A DNA stretch of 64,000 nucleotides, taken from the NCBI RefSeq assembly GCF_009914755.1, contig NC_060938.1; one strand, 5' to 3'. Shown piece after piece: positions 59,862 through 64,000 of this stretch. Origin of the DNA: the human T2T-CHM13v2.0 reference genome, Homo sapiens. Below the pieces are notes generated by a model. That model was not told the DNA's origin. It searched no databases and saw nothing but the letters and a program-made list of their open reading frames with translations. How positions within the stretch are numbered: the first letter of the stretch is position 1; each line of letters opens with the position of its first letter. The position numbers were made by a program, and so were the translations under genes.

Positions 59862-62800
59862 TGCTACGTAGTAAAAAATTTAACCTTGTCCAAAAGATGT
59901 CTGACTGCTTTTTCCCCCCCCTCTTTGCTCCTGGGAGGTGGTCTCTAAGCCCTTGGAATGTCCCACCTGGGAGTGGCTTTGTTTGCTTTGGGGTCTTGGG
60001 TGAGCCAGACAGTAACATAGTGATTTATGGTGGGGGCTTTGAGCCCCACCAACAATGTGATTTAGGGTGGGGGCTTTACTTCACACAGTAGTTGACCTCC
60101 TTGGGGACTGGAAACTGACATCAGCCACTGGGAAGTCAAGCATGCCTACGTGAGTCCCAGTAAAGACTTTAGACACCAAGGATTGGATGAGCATCTCTCA
60201 TTGCCGGTATTCTGTGTGTGTTGTTATGCACCCGTGCCAGGAAAGCAATGCTATCCTTACTTCATTGGGAGAAGAAGCTTCTCATATTTGGTAACTTTCC
60301 TGGATTCTGCCCTATGTATCTCTTCCCATGGCTGATTTTTATGCGTGTTATTTGCCTATAATAAATTGTAACTGTGGGTATAATAGATTTAAGTGAGTTC
60401 TGTTAGTCTTTCTAGTGAATGACTGAAGCTGAGGGTGCTCTGGGGATCTTCACACTTGCAACTGATGTCAGAAGTGAGGGGGTCTTATGATCTATTCTCC
60501 CAACTTCATAGTTAAGTAACTTTTGCAGTTGGCCTCTGGACCAGGATTCACTAGATCAACCCTGACTCACTGAACTATGTGATTTGGATAGAGAAAGGAA
60601 ATAAGGGCAGGGATTGGTGAACCTTTAATTCTAGGTGGCTATCTGGTCATCCATGGTGTGGAACTATAACTGCACTGTGATCAGTTATGAGCGGCAAAAG
60701 TAATCAATGAAATTTAGAAGTGGTAGACCCGGCTCCCAAGGAGTTGGCTTACTTGATATGCAAGAAAATGCAAAATAATAAGAAATAACGGACAAATTAT
60801 GCTGGGACAACAGACATCATGTCTACAACCTCTGGTCACCAGGGAGGTTGTCCAGGTGGAGGGAGGGTAAAAACAAGAAACTGCTGAAACCAGGGGATAG
60901 TGTGAAAGACTTGTCTCATTTTGTGGATCATTACCGTCAATTTTTTTGTAAAGCCTTTACTGAAATGATTGTGAAAATGACTAACATAGTGGCAGCATCC
61001 TTGACTTTGAACACTGCAGATTAGAAGAACATGTTTGGGTTGCTGTAAAATCCACAGCTCTCTTTTGAACATTGTAGATGTGTATCATCCAGACACATAG
61101 CAGGTACAGGTAGCCTGGAGGACTGGATAAAGGCTACTGTAAAATGTGTTTACATTAAGAAGGGGGATTGTTTTACTACAAAAAAAAATGCCAAATGGAA
61201 TTTTCCAAATAAAGGAGCTGATATACTTCATATGCAAGCCATGTTGGATTAACATTATAATGATCAGGTTATTTATCCACTAAATATAGCCCTTACCTAC
61301 GTCATGGTAAATATCAAGATTTAAGGGGGACCCTTTTGCCTGGGACCCCATATAATCTTACTGCTATAAAATCAAACAATGGTAAGAGAAACCTCATCAG
61401 ATGTGTTATCTTAGCTTACCCTTATGGGCTTTACAAATGCTTAGAAAATTAGGGTGATTCACAAGAAAGTGAGGAAAGACAAATGGAAGAGTCAAGGGAC
61501 ATGTCCCAGCAGAGCGGAAATATTTAAATGATGAAGAAATGGAATGAATAAAGCTGACATTGATGGAGTTAAAACAAAGGTCTTAATGAAACACTGTGGA
61601 AGTTAGGTGGGCCAATGGGAAACCCTCCTGACCCCTCAATATTAAAGGACCTTAAGTAACTCTGCTCTATTTACCCCTGTTTTGAGGAATTAAAAAACAA
61701 CAACAAAGGACAAAGATGACAGTGATAAACCTGAACTTGAATTACCTGTCACAATGGTCTGCCAGATTAATCAAAATGAAGATTGACTAGAAAACTAGGT
61801 CTTCTGTGGGGCAAAATGACCAGGAGTAGAGAAGACTTTTCTAGGACTCCTTGACTAGGGACCCCAATACATAGTGATTTCAAAACCTGTTAATGAAGTC
61901 TTAATGGGAGCTACAATTAGATTGGGAGGGCACAGACATGCAGTGGCTCATGGGATTAAGGTGAAAGGTCGAATATAAGTTAGAATGTTTTACATTTGTG
62001 TTGTTGAAATTGTCCAGTAGAAAAAAAAAAAGAATCGGAATGTTTGGAAGGATTTCATGTCTCCTTTATCTAAATGTGTTATTGGTATGGGTATTAGTCT
62101 GACTATGGAACACTTTCCCTATCTACTGTTGTAAAACAGAAAGCATCTAAGTCTGCCCTCAGTCAAGTCTGCCAGTCTTGATGGGACATGCTAATTGGGA
62201 ACAACTAGAGCTGCTCAAGCCCTCATAGGTTTTAGTTTGAAACATTATAGGACATCCAGTGCACAAAAAGAAATCAATGATATGTTAGTAGCTGAAGTGC
62301 TGGTATACATGAATTTTTTATACAAAGCTCTGTATGGCTTGTGAAAAAAGCAGATGGCTCATCTGGACTAATAGTGGAATATTGAGGCTTGAATAAACTG
62401 GTGCCACCCATAGCACTAGTAGTCTTGATATTGCTTCAATGCCACAAAAAGTACAGCAGGCTAAAGAGTCTGGTACTTAGTGACTGATTTTGCAAATGCT
62501 TTTTTTGTTCTATGTCAATCTTAGAAAAAAACCAGTTGCAGTTTGCCCTGACATGGAAAGATTATGTTGTTATAGGATTATTTAAATTCACCAGCTTCTA
62601 CAATAATTTGGTTAAAAGGGATTTGGATTAAAGCAGGTTCTAAGTGTAATAATACACTGTATTGATTATATCCTGATAATATCTGAAACTGAAAACCAGG
62701 TGAGGAATGACCTAAATGCAGCAGTGACACACATGACCAGCAGAGGCTGGCTGATAAGTCTAGCAAGGGTCAAGGCCTCTCAAAATGGTGGAATTCTTAG

Positions 62801-64000
62801 GAATAACCTAGGCAGGTGCCACCCATGACATTCCATAGGTAAGCACAAATAAACTGATCTCATTACTACTCCTTGAAATAAACAAAGAAGCCCAATGTTT
62901 CATTGGTCTATTTAGATTTTGGAGGATGCATATTCCACATCTAGAAATGTTACACACTGCTATCCATAAAACTACCCAAAGAGTGCTGTATTTGAATGAG
63001 GGACCAAAAAAGCAAGCCATGGCTGAATTGCAAAAAGTAGTTCCTCTCTCAATGCTTATTTTGTCCTTCCATACCATATATGATCTTGGAAGTGTCTGTA
63101 ACACATGCCTATTATATGTAGACTGGAGATTACTGCAAAAGCCTGTGAGTACCACTCATAGGTGACCACTGGGATTCTGTATCAGAATATTCCTAAATGG
63201 TATAGTAAGATACACACAATTTGAGAAACAGCTACTACCTTACTATTGGACATTAATGGTAAAAGCCCCTGTGAGTGAAGGACATAAAATGCTCCTGAAA
63301 CCTGAAATACTGAGATTGTCTTGTGTTATGTCAGAGAAACAATCTAATAAGGAAGACAGCATCCAGAAGAGTTCCATAATAAAGTGGAAATGGGAGAAAC
63401 ATGTTACTGGGTGGACACAGAGGTACCCATTGTATCTACAAGCAGGTAGACTCTTTCCCTCTAGGACTGACTTCTCGGATTGACACCTGAGGAACTACTG
63501 GGTCCTATCGCCACCTGGACAGTGCCCTGTTAATAAATCTCTATTAACCATCAAAGAGCTGCTTGGTTCATGAATGGCAGTTCCAAGGTGGATGAATAGC
63601 CTCCTGTTTGGAAGGGACCACACTAAGACTGGCAGATTGAAAGACTCTGATTGAAAAAGATAACAAATTAGTTCAACGGACTGAGTCGCATGCTGTTTTC
63701 CTGGCAGTGAAGGGGGAATTGAACAATAATAAAAGCTTTTAAGTTTGGGTTTTTACTGACTTATGACAGTAGCCCATGACCTGGCTCTATAGTCAATGGA
63801 ACACTGGCCTATTAAGTAGACGCCTGTATGGGGCACAACCTCATGGAAATTACTATAGGAATTTAAGGAGCACATTAAAGTGGAATATGATAATGTTCAT
63901 CAGAAGAGATCCTTTCTAGGGTCAGAAGGCAATTAGAATTGGCAAGAGTATATCCTGTTGTGTTTGCTTGAGATGGCCACCTGGGTCCATGAAATGAGTA
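59862..64000 (+). mobile_element. Decayed ERVL-class provirus (LTR ~59862-60500, then gag/pro/pol remnants to the window end)
   Basis: Protease-like FLGLLD* (~61838); RT VKKADGSSGLIVEY*GLNKLVPPI (62341) and TDFANAFF (~62483); RNaseH-like WFMNGSSKV (~63564); multiple stops and frameshifts. Confidence 0.85.

Noticed and set aside
62341-63483. ERVL pol ORFs as functional reverse transcriptase
   Set aside because: In-frame stops, frameshifts and a degenerate YxDD region.

Overview
Primate, almost certainly human-like, euchromatic DNA dominated by interspersed repeats (Alu, L1, L2/MIR, MaLR/ERVL/ERV1 LTR elements, Tigger and hAT DNA transposons). I find no intact protein-coding gene; nearly all listed ORFs are repeat-derived or chance ORFs. 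The main non-repeat feature is a minus-strand, intron-containing pseudogene of the DHRS2/DHRS4 short-chain dehydrogenase family (~37.6-47.7 kb). Five exons keep canonical splice sites. Exon 2 has a nonsense codon and a frameshift, exon 4 has a frameshift, and exon 1, exon 5 and almost all of the catalytic YxxxK exon 6 are not found. This suggests, but does not prove, the DHRS2/DHRS4 cluster region on 14q11.2. Other structures visible in the sequence: a 3'-truncated 7SK retropseudogene and an AluY inside a MER41 provirus; a full-length Tigger1 hosting an L1 3' transduction and a twin-primed L1; a 186-bp inverted duplication next to the pseudogene's deleted segment; two local templated duplications (~395 bp and an exact 30 bp); and a decayed ERVL provirus running off the right end. 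Repeat subfamily names and protein comparisons come from recalled consensus sequences, not from a search, and old-repeat boundaries are approximate. I see no convincing evidence of a novel functional system; the best candidates are the DHRS2-like relic and its latent 90-codon spliced frame.
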